A stretch of DNA of 64,000 bases from Eledone cirrhosa (taxonomy: Eukaryota), in contig OZ024742.1 of assembly GCA_964016885.1 (NCBI GenBank), forward strand, positions 117,428,001 through 117,492,000. The letters run 5' to 3'. A program made the translations under genes and the position numbers. The notes beneath the pieces are model-generated. The model made no database searches. It saw only the letters and a program-made list of their open reading frames with translations, and had not been told where the DNA came from. How positions within the stretch are numbered: the first letter of the stretch is position 1; each line of letters begins with the position of its first letter. Of this stretch, positions 26,999 to 38,716 are shown piece after piece.

Positions 26999-27633
26999 CC
27001 CTTTAGCATTTAAACCAGCCATATCTGGCCAGAATTCTCTCACCTCTTTCTGTTCAAACTGGCTTTAGGAGAGATGGTCACCAATTTAGAAGGCTGCGTT
27101 GTTTTATAATTTAGAGGGGGAGTTCGTTTCCCTAGCTTGGCTGCTAGAACATCTCTTCTATTTGTTGTTAAGTGTAGGTAAACAATTAAGCAAAAAGAAC
27201 ATACCTTGAGATTATATGTACATGAGCATTTTAATCAGAGCAATAAACAAAACAGGTTATCATATCAGTTGTTCCTTGATTGGTAATTCGTAATTATCAT
27301 TAAGTGGCGGTGTTCAAATATTCCATGACCGCATGGTGCAATATCGCTGTTTCGCCACAGTGAAATGCCTCTGCTCGCATCAACACACAAAGATGGAAAG
27401 AGTGTGTATTCAGCTACTGACGTCAGAACTAAGGGCAGTTAATCGACTGCCTCCAAAGTCAAAGCTAGGTGGCGTGATCTTCTACATGGCTATAACCAGC
27501 CACTCATACTGATGTTAAGGTATTGTTCTCAGAAGAAATATCATCAAAATCTCGTAGATTTGATATTATGTGAGGTAAAGCCTTTACCACAAAAATACAA
27601 CAGTAAATATAGAGTAATGTAAATGCTAAGGGG
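26999..27633. mobile_element. piggyBac-type MITE carrying a 422-bp insertion
   Basis: TTAA flanks and terminal repeats; the body is split at TGGCT. Confidence 0.85.
27065..27486. mobile_element. Probable solo LTR
   Basis: 5-bp target duplication TGGCT (27060-27064 and 27487-27491); imperfect inverted ends TTAGGAGA...TCTTCTACA; internal AATAAA. Confidence 0.65.
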
Positions 27634-28164
27634 TTAAATATACCACCAAAGCTGGCCATAGCATAACAAATATGTAAGATGTATCATACAACACTCTAAA
27701 CAATTCTGCCAATCTGCCACTAGTATTTATTACAACATTTTGTCAGCCTTAAAATAATGTAAGGCAAAGATGAACTTACACCCAATGATTGTATTTAAAA
27801 GAGATATTACACTGTATTCATAACATATTTAGGATTGAAATTAAATTTAGCTATGAGATAATTAGTTGTAAATCTAAAACAATGTTGAATGTATTTGAAT
27901 TTGTGCTCTATACATTAGAAAATACTATATATTTGCAACAGTTCAATCGAGTAACAGAGAGGTATACTATCCTGATGAAGAGAAATGACTCAGAAACATA
28001 TTTATTGTTCCTAGATACTACTGTTGAACAAACGGATGACAATAGTCATCAAAAACAAAGCATAGCATAAGTGAGGCCATTTGCTCACAAACGAATAGAA
28101 TATTATTATTTTTATTCAAAATAACCCAATGTTGAATGTCTAACGTCTAAAGTCTGTCTTAAGC

Positions 28165-28420
28165 CAGAAGTTATATATGGCCAGTGCTTATCCCAGTTTC
28201 ATGGCATGAAGCGACTGAGAGTACAAGACTCCTCCCTGGACATGATGCCATCGCAGGGTTAAACCGCCAGACATTGCTGGTAATCATTTTCAGCTGAGTA
28301 TACTGGAGCAACGTGAAATGAAGTGTTTTGCTCAAGAACACAACACGCAACCCAGGAATCGAACCCACGACATTATGATCGTAAATCCAACAACCTTACC
28401 GCTAGCCCACGTGACCCACA
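28165..28420 (-). mobile_element. tRNA-derived SINE related to family B
   Basis: Minus strand has B box GGTTCGATTCC followed by GTGTTCTTGAGCAAAACACTT. Confidence 0.8.
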
Positions 28421-28451
28421 ATGTTGTATGTCCTACACATAAATACCAACT

Positions 28452-28640
28452 AGTGGATTGGCAGTATCGGTAGAGGGTCGGACGCTATGCTTTGCAGCAT
28501 ACAGTTACGGCCCTTTACGATCTGAGTTCAAATCCCACCGAGGTTAACTTTGCCTTTCATCCTTACAGGGTCAATAAAATAAAGCACCAGTAATGCCCTG
28601 GGATAATTGCTGGCCTTGTGTCAAAAGTAGAAACAATTAT
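28452..28640 (+). mobile_element. SINE family A, full length
   Basis: Family consensus match. Confidence 0.9.
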
Positions 28641-30030
28641 TAATATAATTTGAGTGATCACAGGTTCTATTTCTATCTAATTGGCAATATCAAGTTCATT
28701 TAAATGATAACTGGAAATGATATTGAATCAATATCTTTAAATATTTGTTTCTTACAATTTATGTGTAGAATATGGTTTGGTTTTGTTTGTTTGTTTTTGT
28801 TCTTTTGTTTTCGTTTTCATTTTTTTTTATTTTTGAAAATCCCATTTCTGCTATGTGTTACTTTCAATCATTACATTGACATACCTCTAAACAAAATTGG
28901 TCAAAAATATATTTAAAGAAAGAGCCATATATTACTTGTAATAAATTACCTATTCATTTTGTTTTTTTAAATAGTTCCTCATAATTTTAGCACCAAAAAC
29001 ACATTTTAAATGCATTTACTTGTGCATATATTTGTCTAATTGTTCTTTCTGTAATTTAAGTAATTAACATTTTACTTTTGTTTTAATGATATTATTTGTT
29101 GATACTGTTTTGTCTATCTTCCAAATTTGTACATCTTTTATTCCTAATGCTTCATTTTGGAACTTGCACCTTCTATTGGCCAGAGGTATGGCACTTGTTT
29201 TTAAATCTTAATTATCTTCATTTTCAATGCTATATTTTTATGTTTGTTTTGTAGTTGTGCATCTGCTTGCCTTGTTTTTGGATTTCGGAATTGTCTAGTG
29301 GAATGTTTAATTTTCCTTTTCTGATGAGAGGCAAAGCTATTTTATTTTTAATTTACCAGTAAAAGATTTATATATTAGTTCAAAGCTAATATTGAGATAA
29401 TTTTTACTCAAAGTGTCTTACTATATGTGACCAGGTATTACAGTGAATCATCAGTTTCAAACTAATAAGAACAAAAACGTGAAATAAATAACACTTTCTT
29501 CCATTTGTAACAATATATATATAGGTACAAATAGATGAATAATTGCTTATTTCATGTATCAGTTTCTATTTGTTTGCAACTGATGATATCTATATATCAT
29601 CATCATCAGCATCATTGTTTTAACATCTGCTTTCCCTGCTAGCAAGAGTTGAATGGATCTACATAAATCAAGTCAGTACAGAAAAGAGGCTACTAATCTT
29701 CCAGACAGGTCAGGGATCTGTGCCTGCTTATGTATGGTTTCATATTCTACCAAGTGCAGAGGTGTGTTTGTCGTGTCTTTGACACAACTGAAGGTTCTCC
29801 CAACCCTTTGTTTACCAAGCTTTCTATAGCTGGATGTCCTTCTTATCCCCAGCCACTTTACAGCATGTATTGGGTGGATTTATTGTGTAGATCACCAAAC
29901 ACTAGGTAGGCTGTCATGGCTGAAGGATCTTCCCAACCCTTTCTTTGACAAACTTTCTACAGCATATATATATATATACATTATTGGCTCCACCATAAAT
30001 AGGGGGATACCAGTATATATATATATATAT

Positions 30031-30560
30031 ATATTATTCGAAATGTTAAGAAATGAAGAATATTCGCATAATCAAAATATATGCTTTATTATATATATTT
30101 CAAAGGTACTGTGTTGTTTCAGTACATTTTCATCAGACAAAATATAAGATTTGATATATGACATACCGCTACAGTCTTGATTATTCAATTCCAGTATTGG
30201 CAGTCAATACTGGAATTGAATAATCAAGACTGTAGTGGTATGTCATATATCAAATCATATATTTTGTCTGATGAAAATGTACTGAAACAACACAGTACCT
30301 TTGAAATCATCATCATCATCATCATCATTTTACGTCCGCTTTTCCCTGCTTGCAAGGGTGGGATGGGTCTTATTCAGCACAGCATCTCTCCACTCGTCAA
30401 AATATATATAATAAAGTATATATTTTGATTATGCAAATATTCTTCATTTGTTAACATTTCGAATAATATTAAAAACTCCAGGAAAACTATTGATGAGTGC
30501 TTCTAATCTATTGTAAAATTGTATTCGTTGAGTAATCAACGAACCATACTAATTTTTGGT
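30031..30560 (+). mobile_element. Fold-back element (about 170-bp arms, 5-nt loop) with tail; right arm interrupted by an RTE 3' fragment
   Basis: 30031-30199 is inverted relative to 30205-30469 once the 30308-30400 insert is removed. CTGATGA...GAAA core at 30268-30287; bulged hairpin at 30475-30498. Confidence 0.8.
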
Positions 30561-31283
30561 TATATATATATATATCTGTGTGTGTGTGTGTATGTGTATA
30601 TACATAAACATACATACAAATATATACATATACATACACACACACATGCATACACACACATACATAACATAAACACACACATGCATACACACACACATAC
30701 ATATACATATATATATATATATTGGTATTTATCTGTTTAAGGTAGAGCTAATAATGTTGTTAGGAACTCAATGCAGTCTTAAAGAGATGATTTCAATGAG
30801 ATTAAGCAGTGAGTGCTATAGTTTTGTAGTAAGCTCTCATCACATAAAGTTCCCTCAAAGATTCTACCCTAGCCAGCTAAATGGTAACAGGCAATATGCC
30901 AGCCCCTCATATTGATCAACTTTAGGAGATGGTTGTTTTTATCTCTAAATGCTATCTGATGAACTCAGGTTGATGGTTACATGGAAATCACACCACATAT
31001 TCATCAACCCCCAGATAAATATGTATAATAGCTGGATAAATGTATGCACAACTTCATATGGCCTTCGCCAATATTTGCTGTTCTGTATCTATACACTGCC
31101 TTGGACCAACCGAGTGCTTTATACTATTAACATTACTGTTAATTGATTGGTGTATGGATTGCACAACTCTAGTTTGTTAACACCTTATAAATATTATATA
31201 TATATATATGTCAAACAGAAAGTTTATAATATTAGTTTAACTAGCTTGTATTCTCCCCATGGAGATTTTGGCATAAGTTAATT

Positions 31284-31314
<31 letters not shown>

Positions 31315-31358
31315 TAAGAGAGTAAAACAAAGAATCCTTTAATACATCAAAAGTTTTT

Positions 31359-31403
31359 ATTAGCCGACAATGTTTCGTCCTATTAAGGACTCATCAGGGC
31401 AAT
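31359..31403 (-). ncRNA. Type I minimal hammerhead ribozyme
   Basis: ATTGCC CTGATGA GTCCT-TAAT-AGGAC GAAA C-ATT-G TC GGCTAAT: canonical core, GUC site. Confidence 0.9.
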
Positions 31404-33346
31404 CAAAACAACAAGAGGTAATTTCGGCAGATACAAGCCAGAAACTCTGAAGAATATGGAGTTTACATACACTAATGTCTTACAAAGATATACGATAATA
31501 AAAATGAAGATAAAAATAATAAAATTATAATAACTAAGGATGTAGATAACATTAAGAACCATATTACAAATATAGTCTAAAGTCACCAACTTAAATCTAA
31601 ACAAATTTGGTTATATAGAGCAGGAATTATATATAACACAGTATAATACATTATAATAATAATATATCTATACCAACATTAAAATTCCAAATTAAAAATC
31701 AAAAGGTACAATATATACATGTATATATGTGCGCACACACAAACACACACACACACATATTACAATACACATATCTATTTTCTATTACACAGAAATTAAG
31801 CCCTATTGGAAGTTTGCACATCAAAAATATCAAAAATAAGCATGGTAATAGTGAAAATAATGCTAATACATCTACCCAATATACATGAGGCAATAATATG
31901 ATATAATTACAAGAAACACTTATAATAAATAATAAACAACAAAATTAAATAATACAATACAATATAATAAAGTAGAATATATAATAATCCCCGGTTAATT
32001 TACAGAAACAATATAGATGTCACAGTGAAATACAATGATAAATTGTTAACATTATATTAACAATTAGCATAAACAATATGTACAACATGATTCATACTGG
32101 GTTACATAATAAATGAGGAAATATCAATCATATAATATAATACAATAATACTAAAAAAAACTATATTGGTACAGGGAACAATTATGATGTTACAGAAAAA
32201 TATGTTGTTACAGAAAAATATAGACATCTAACATGATATGTAAAGTCTAAATACTATAATGTTACATATTACAATATTAAAATATTAAAAAATATGAAAA
32301 AATTAAAAAATCCAGACATCTTATATGATATATAAAGTTTAACTATCTCAATGTTATATATAATAAACGGTAAGTAATAAGGATCTATATCATAATGTAA
32401 TATATTTTTAAAATTGGCATAAAATATGTAAATAAATACTTATAATTTCAAGGTTAGTAGACAGACATGTGTGGATGAGTGAACGAAGCCAGACAGTGAA
32501 TAGTAAATAGAATATAGGATAAAACAAATAAATACAATCAACCGGAAATTACAAAACAAAGCAAATGTATACACACTTAGGCCTCGCGTGCATTAAGAAA
32601 TTTGGTAAACACCAAGGAAAGCGATCATTTTAAATGACTCTAAATCCTATCTGATAAATTAATATTAAAAATATCAAACCCATCCAATAAGGTAGTATAA
32701 AATTAGCTATAGTCTAAGTCATTAAAGTATATAAACTTTAATGTATCGTTACAAATGTTTACAAAAAGGAATAAAATTACACTATCATATACGCAACGAT
32801 ATCTAAAAAACTGACTTAAGTAGAGTTAAGGTAGGCTAATGGGGACAGAATTGACAAAATATATGGAGGGTGCGAAGTGGCGTAAAATATATTCGATATA
32901 CTATAATAAATAATAGAACAGAGCATAAAAGAGGGGGGGTTAATATAATCATATTCAATCTAGAGGGGTTGACAATAAGTTTATGCGTGCATGGGGGGGG
33001 GGGAGAAGGGGGGAGGGGGGTTCGATAGATAAATCAGAATAGACTTAGAAATAAAAATAGAATTAAAAATAGAATTAAAAATAAAAATAAAAATAAAAAT
33101 AAAAATAAAAATAAAAATGATGTTAAAATTAAAAATTAAAGTTAATGATAATAAAAGAATATATAAAGATAGTAACGTGTGTAATCTTATGTATACTAAC
33201 AAGGTGTAATAGTGAAGACATAGATATGGTACAGTGGCCAAATGATTATGAGAGCTAGAATGAAGCGTCATCAAAAACCAATGATAACAATAGTGCTGGC
33301 AAACAAAAGAACCCAAACAAAAAAACTAAGTAATGGAATATATCTG

Positions 33347-33598
33347 CTAATGGGTACGATTTGTACTACTAGAACATTTGGGTTTATAATAAAAGTAAGA
33401 ATTAGAAATTGCATGGGGGCAAGAAGAGAATATCTCAGACTTTCTATTCAGTAAGGGTACGCTAGAGAAAATAATAGAGTGTGTCTCAAGTATACAGAGA
33501 TTACAAAACTTACTATGTGCAGAAAGGTGGTTAGATCGTGCTACTAAACTCCAGTTAAGGCTATATGGTATAAAAGCTCCCTTAAGATCCCAGATATA
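33347..33598 (-). pseudogene. C-terminus of a Penelope-like GIY-YIG endonuclease ORF
   Basis: YIWDLK...YSLNWSLVARS...CNLCILE...LLNRKSEIFSSCPH fits the PLE pattern IW.LK/W.I/C.LC..E/LLN...E...C.H. Confidence 0.8.
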
Positions 33599-34117
33599 AT
33601 GCACGCATAAACTTATTGTCAACCCCTCTAGATTGAATATGATTATATTAACCCCCCCCCCCCCCTCTTTTATGCTCTGTTCTATTATTTATTATAGTAT
33701 ATCGAATATATTTTATGCCACTTCGCACCCTCCATATATTTTGTCAATTCTGTCCCCATTAGCCTACCTTAACTCTACTTAAGTCAGTTTTTTAGATATC
33801 GTTGCGTATATGATAGTGTAATTTTATTCCTTTTTGTAAACATTTGTAACGATACATTAAAGTTTATATACTTTAATGACTTAGACTATAGCTAATTTTA
33901 TACTACCTTATTGGATGAGTTTGATATTTAGTTGGTGACTTTGGACTATATTTGTAATATGGTTCTTAATGTTATCTACATCCTTAGTTATTATAATTTT
34001 ATTATTTTTATCTTCATTTTTATTATCGTATATCTTTGTAAGACATTAGTGTATGTAAACTCCATATTCTTCAGAGTTTCTGGCTTGTATCTGCCGAAAT
34101 TACCTCTTGTTGTTTTG

Positions 34118-34162
34118 ATTGCCCTGATGAGTCCTTAATAGGACGAAACATTGTCGACTAAT
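34118..34162 (+). ncRNA. Type I minimal hammerhead ribozyme (inverted-arm copy)
   Basis: CTGATGA at 34124-34130, GTCCT/AGGAC, GAAACATTGTC; one stem I mismatch relative to the minus copy. Confidence 0.85.
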
Positions 34163-34281
34163 AAAAACTGTTGATGTATTAAAGGATTCTTTGTTTTACT
34201 CTCTTAATTTTTCGGCTCTGTTTAACTGCATTGAGCTATACCTTTTACTGTCATTTCTATAATACGAAGAGGGTGTTTGAT

Positions 34282-34319
<38 letters not shown>

Positions 34320-34380
34320 CAAATAAGAATATTTTCAAAACAGCGAGTGGGTTTGAAATTATTAGAAATGTGAGCTATCG

Positions 34381-34564
34381 CCGTATTTTGACTAAAGAAA
34401 TTAAAGAAATTATTTAGCCTGATAGTGGGGTTAAGAACCCTCAGAGAAATGGAAAAAGATGAGTATTGACGTACGTCAATACTCATCTTTTTCCATTTCT
34501 CTGAGGGTTCTTAACCCCACAATCAGGCTAAATAATTTCTTTCATTTCTTTAGTCAAAATACGG
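34381..34564. repeat. Loopless palindrome of about 92-bp arms next to (TA)n
   Basis: CCGTATTTTG...ATTGACGT|ACGTCAAT...CAAAATACGG with only about 2 mismatches. Confidence 0.9.
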
Positions 34565-34565
34565 A

Positions 34566-34655
<90 letters not shown>

Positions 34656-34705
34656 TATAAACATTGTTGTCCTTAAAATCATGACGAACTGTGAGTGTAT
34701 TTAAA

Positions 34706-35400
34706 ATTTCATAGAAATAATCTGAAAATTTGAAAGCAAGAATAGTTGTTAAAACAGCCAAATGCTGTCAATGACAGCAGGCAAGTCGGATAAAAATACC
34801 TCTAAGGACAGAAATCAGTAGCCAGTAGTTAGTAAAGAGAAAAGTAAAGTTGTGAGGTGAGTAACAGGTAGATGAAACCTAGAAAAGATTGAGAAAGGAG
34901 GAGAAGAAAGAGAAGTGTATTGGCATGTAGAAGTGATAAAAAGAAACAAAATAAGACAAATGCAGGTTTGGCTTACAAGAAGAGTTAAGATTAAAGTTAT
35001 GAACAATACAAAAATCACATACGCATCTGACCTCATCAGCTCTCAAACTGGCTTGCAGTTTCACACAAATTAATTGAGAACACTGCAATTTTTTTATGTC
35101 AAGTCATCCACACAAAAAATAAGCATTTCTGCTGGTATGTTTCATGTGCTATGACAAGATACACAGAACAAATGAACAGACAGACAGATCAGAGAGCAAA
35201 ATGCAATACACTTCTCTTTTTTTTTTCTCGTCTCTCAATCTTCTCTATATTTTATCTGTCATTCACCTCACAACTTTTCTCTTTATTAACCAATGGCCAC
35301 TAATTTAGAGATATTTTTACCTGATGTATGCTGTCATTGACGGGATTTGGCTGTTTTAACAGCTATTCTTGCATCTAAGTTTTCCAATTATTTCTATGAA
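34706..35400. mobile_element. Old fold-back element (diverged arms of about 180 bp)
   Basis: About 34706-34895 is inverted relative to about 35230-35400. Confidence 0.65.
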
Positions 35401-35504
35401 TGTGTATGTGTGTGTATGTATGTATATGAATATGTGTATAAATGTGGGTGTGTGTGTGTATGTATATGTATATATGTATGTATATGTTCATATATAAAAA
35501 TGTA

Positions 35505-35550
<46 letters not shown>

Positions 35551-36146
35551 TCTATATATATATGTATGTATGTAAAGAATTGAATTTATTCATAGATTTA
35601 CTCATGTGTAAATTTACTACCCATTCAGTTAATATCTATCAACTGATTATTCCATGGAGTTTTGCTATTTCTGTCAATATATATTGACACTTCAATTCTA
35701 TTTAGTTATTTTTTCCTGATGAGATTATGTAGATAAATTAATGTATTATCATTATGTTTATTACATCAATAATACAATTATTTTACTATTAATTATAAAC
35801 TAATTGTATTTTTATCTGCATTAATCTAAACGGTTCTCCAAAAATAAATGATTTTGAATTGATTGATATTTTTGGTTCACTCTCTTTAAACCTTAAATAT
35901 AACTATATCTATATATATATATGTTTATATATATATATATATATATATGAATGAATATATAGTGTATTTGGCAATACACTATATATACATTCATATATAC
36001 ATTGCTATTTCAGAGCACCAATTCTAATATATATATATATGTTTAATATAGAAATATTTAAACTCTGCTATGTATTGAGTACCTTACTTACTGTGGTTAC
36101 CCCCGATTAACCCCGGGATAAACTCTTATATATATATATATATACA

Positions 36147-36441
<295 letters not shown>

Positions 36442-36490
36442 ATATATATATATATATATACATATTTATATATATATATATATATATACA

Positions 36491-36529
<39 letters not shown>

Positions 36530-36596
36530 TTATTTATCATCATCATCATCATCATTTTACATCTGTTGTTCCATACTTGCATAGGTTCGATGGGTC

Positions 36597-36965
36597 TATA
36601 GCGGAGATTACTGGTTGTATGAATGTAACAAAACGAGACAATGTTTGCGTATATAATATTTAATTAACGGTAGATAGAATACTTGACATGTCAAAGATAG
36701 ATGTTAGAATGAAACAAAGTTAGTAGTTACCGTTTTGATTGCCAGGCAAACGCGGCTGGCAGAGGGCGCCTGGCTAAGGCCAGGCGCCTGTTGGCCAAAT
36801 TAATGGCAGAGCCAAATGAGAAGACTCTTGACCTGGTGCCGAAAAGGCAAAGAGAGAGGAAGGAAGCTTAACGTTGTTAGTTTTATAGGGCTCTGACCGG
36901 AAGTTGCAGAAAGGGTTCCACTTCCCGTCTAGATCCCAATCAAAACAAGGGAGACAACCGCTACA
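36597..36965 (-). repeat. 3' LTR
   Basis: Minus strand TGTAGCGG...CCGCTATA; direct repeat of 38348-38716. Confidence 0.92.
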
Positions 36966-37968
36966 TAACCTCCCGCCAGAATTTTAGTGTATAAAAATCG
37001 AAATGAAAATATGTAGCAAGTTGGCGAGAATGTTGTAACAGGCATGGAAATTACGACAAAAGAATGTCTGGAAAAATCAATGATAGATATCAAGGTAACC
37101 AACCGCTCTTGGCCAGAGAACGACTGGACATCCATCTATCCATCACCCAAAGACACAATGTAATAAAGTAAAAGTAATAGAAGAGCTCAAAGCTCAAAAT
37201 ATAGTTCACAGGTGTGCAATCACATGACAGCAGGAAAGAAAGTGTGTTCCAGAGAATGAATGCAGGTGGTTTCTGTTCTGTGGTATATCGTGAAATTTCC
37301 AACCTCCGAATGGATTTTCTCACAGGAAGAGTGCTGCAAAAATGAATTCTCTGGCTTTGGTGAAGCTGTATTGATGTATTGCTGTTGCTGTTATATTGCT
37401 GTTGCTGCTGCTGTTGTCTCGCTGAGTGAGCGTATTCGGTGTTTAAATTCACAGTAAAAAAATTTTTTTTTAGAAAAAATGAGTTGCGCAAAGTGCTAGA
37501 AATAGCAGCCGAAGTTGATGGTCGATGTTGAGAATGCGTTGACCTGGAAGGGTCAAGAGGCCAGCGACCAGAGAAATAAGCATTCTTAATAAATGCGCGG
37601 TTATCAACGGTAAATTTACATTGTAAATTTATAAACCGGCAAATAGAAGAATATAGCTTAAGGCTGAAGAATCCCTGGTGATAAATGGCGTGCGGCTGTC
37701 TGTGAGTAAAGACATCTCAGTGAATCGAGAATTTATGCTGCCTACACGTGCCAATACAAGGTTGAAAAAAAAATATTTCTAACGCGCGAGAAAATGATAG
37801 TGCAATTTTGAAAGTGACAATGATGAAAAAGAAAGGCTTCAATCAGCATAATTATAGGTGTGAACTTTTGGAAAAAAAAAAAAAAACTTGAACGATGAAG
37901 AAAACGAAGAACAAAAGGCAATGGTTCATCGAAAATAAATGTTCCTGTTGAAATGTTTTCTAAAGAAT

Positions 37969-38007
<39 letters not shown>

Positions 38008-38314
38008 TGTTTTGAAAGAGTTCGTTGTAAGAAACGAGAAACATATATATATATCGTGAAATGTTTTTTTTTTGTTTTGAAAGTGTTCGTTGTAAGAAAC
38101 GAGAAACATATATATATATATTGGTGAAATGCGACAGTTAATTGATGCGTGAGAGAAAAAGTATGTCTGTGCGAATTCCACATGTGCGTGTGTGCGTGTC
38201 CTTGAGTATTTTCATAGTTTGTCGCTAAATTTGCTGTGTATTCGTAATGTTACTCACAAAACCAGATGTGCTATTTTTTTCTTTTTTTGGGGGTGACCAC
38301 TTATAGCGATGAAC

Positions 38315-38346
38315 GGCTGCGTGTTCGTATCACGTCAGGGTCACCA
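38315..38346 (-). promoter_or_regulatory. Primer-binding site complementary to the tRNA-Trp 3' end
   Basis: Plus strand GGCTGCGTGTTCGTATCACGTCAGGGTCACCA resembles the eukaryotic tRNA-Trp 3' end including CCA; 1 nt from the LTR. Confidence 0.85.
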
Positions 38347-38347
38347 A

Positions 38348-38716
38348 TATAGCGGAGATTACTGGTTGTATGAATGTAACAAAACGAGACAATGTTTGCG
38401 TATATAATATTTAATTAACGGTAGATAGAATACTTGACATGTCAAAGATAGATGTTAGAATGAAACAAAGTTAGTAGTTACCGTTTTGATTGCCAGGCAA
38501 ACGCGGCTGGCAGAGGGCGCCTGGCTAAGGCCAGGCGCCTGTTGGCCAAATTAATGGCAGAGCCAAATGAGAAGACTCTTGACCTGGTGCCGAAAAGGCA
38601 AAGAGAGAGGAAGGAAGCTTAACGTTGTTAGTTTTATAGGGCTCTGACCGGAAGTTGCAGAAAGGGTTCCACTTCCCGTCTAGATCCCAATCAAAACAAG
38701 GGAGACAACCGCTACA
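38348..38716 (-). repeat. 5' LTR
   Basis: Direct repeat of 36597-36965. Confidence 0.92.

Larger units (their letters stand above)
31313..34287. mobile_element. 5'-truncated Penelope-like element with inverted pseudo-LTR, in (TA)n
   Basis: Minus strand 33598->31313 reads GIY-YIG C-terminus, long UTR, hammerhead. 33599-34208 is an inverted copy of 31313-32992 lacking about 31592-32668, followed by a tail to about 34287. Confidence 0.85.
36597..38716 (-). mobile_element. Non-autonomous LTR retrotransposon (Gypsy-like), very recent
   Basis: Two 369-bp LTRs with no differences seen; 4-bp TSD GGTC; tRNA-Trp PBS; purine-rich GGCGGGAGG before the 3' LTR; no gag/pol recognised. It splits an RTE 3' end. 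Confidence 0.9.

Noticed and set aside
31592-32668. Segment missing from the inverted arm as a spliced intron
   Set aside because: No GT..AG borders on the sense (minus) strand; microhomology fits better.
37090-37491. 133-aa ORF inside the LTR element
   Set aside because: Low complexity (poly-Q), non-ATG start, no gag/pol motifs.
38315-38346. tRNA-Trp gene
   Set aside because: Only the 3' part with encoded CCA next to an LTR: a primer-binding site.
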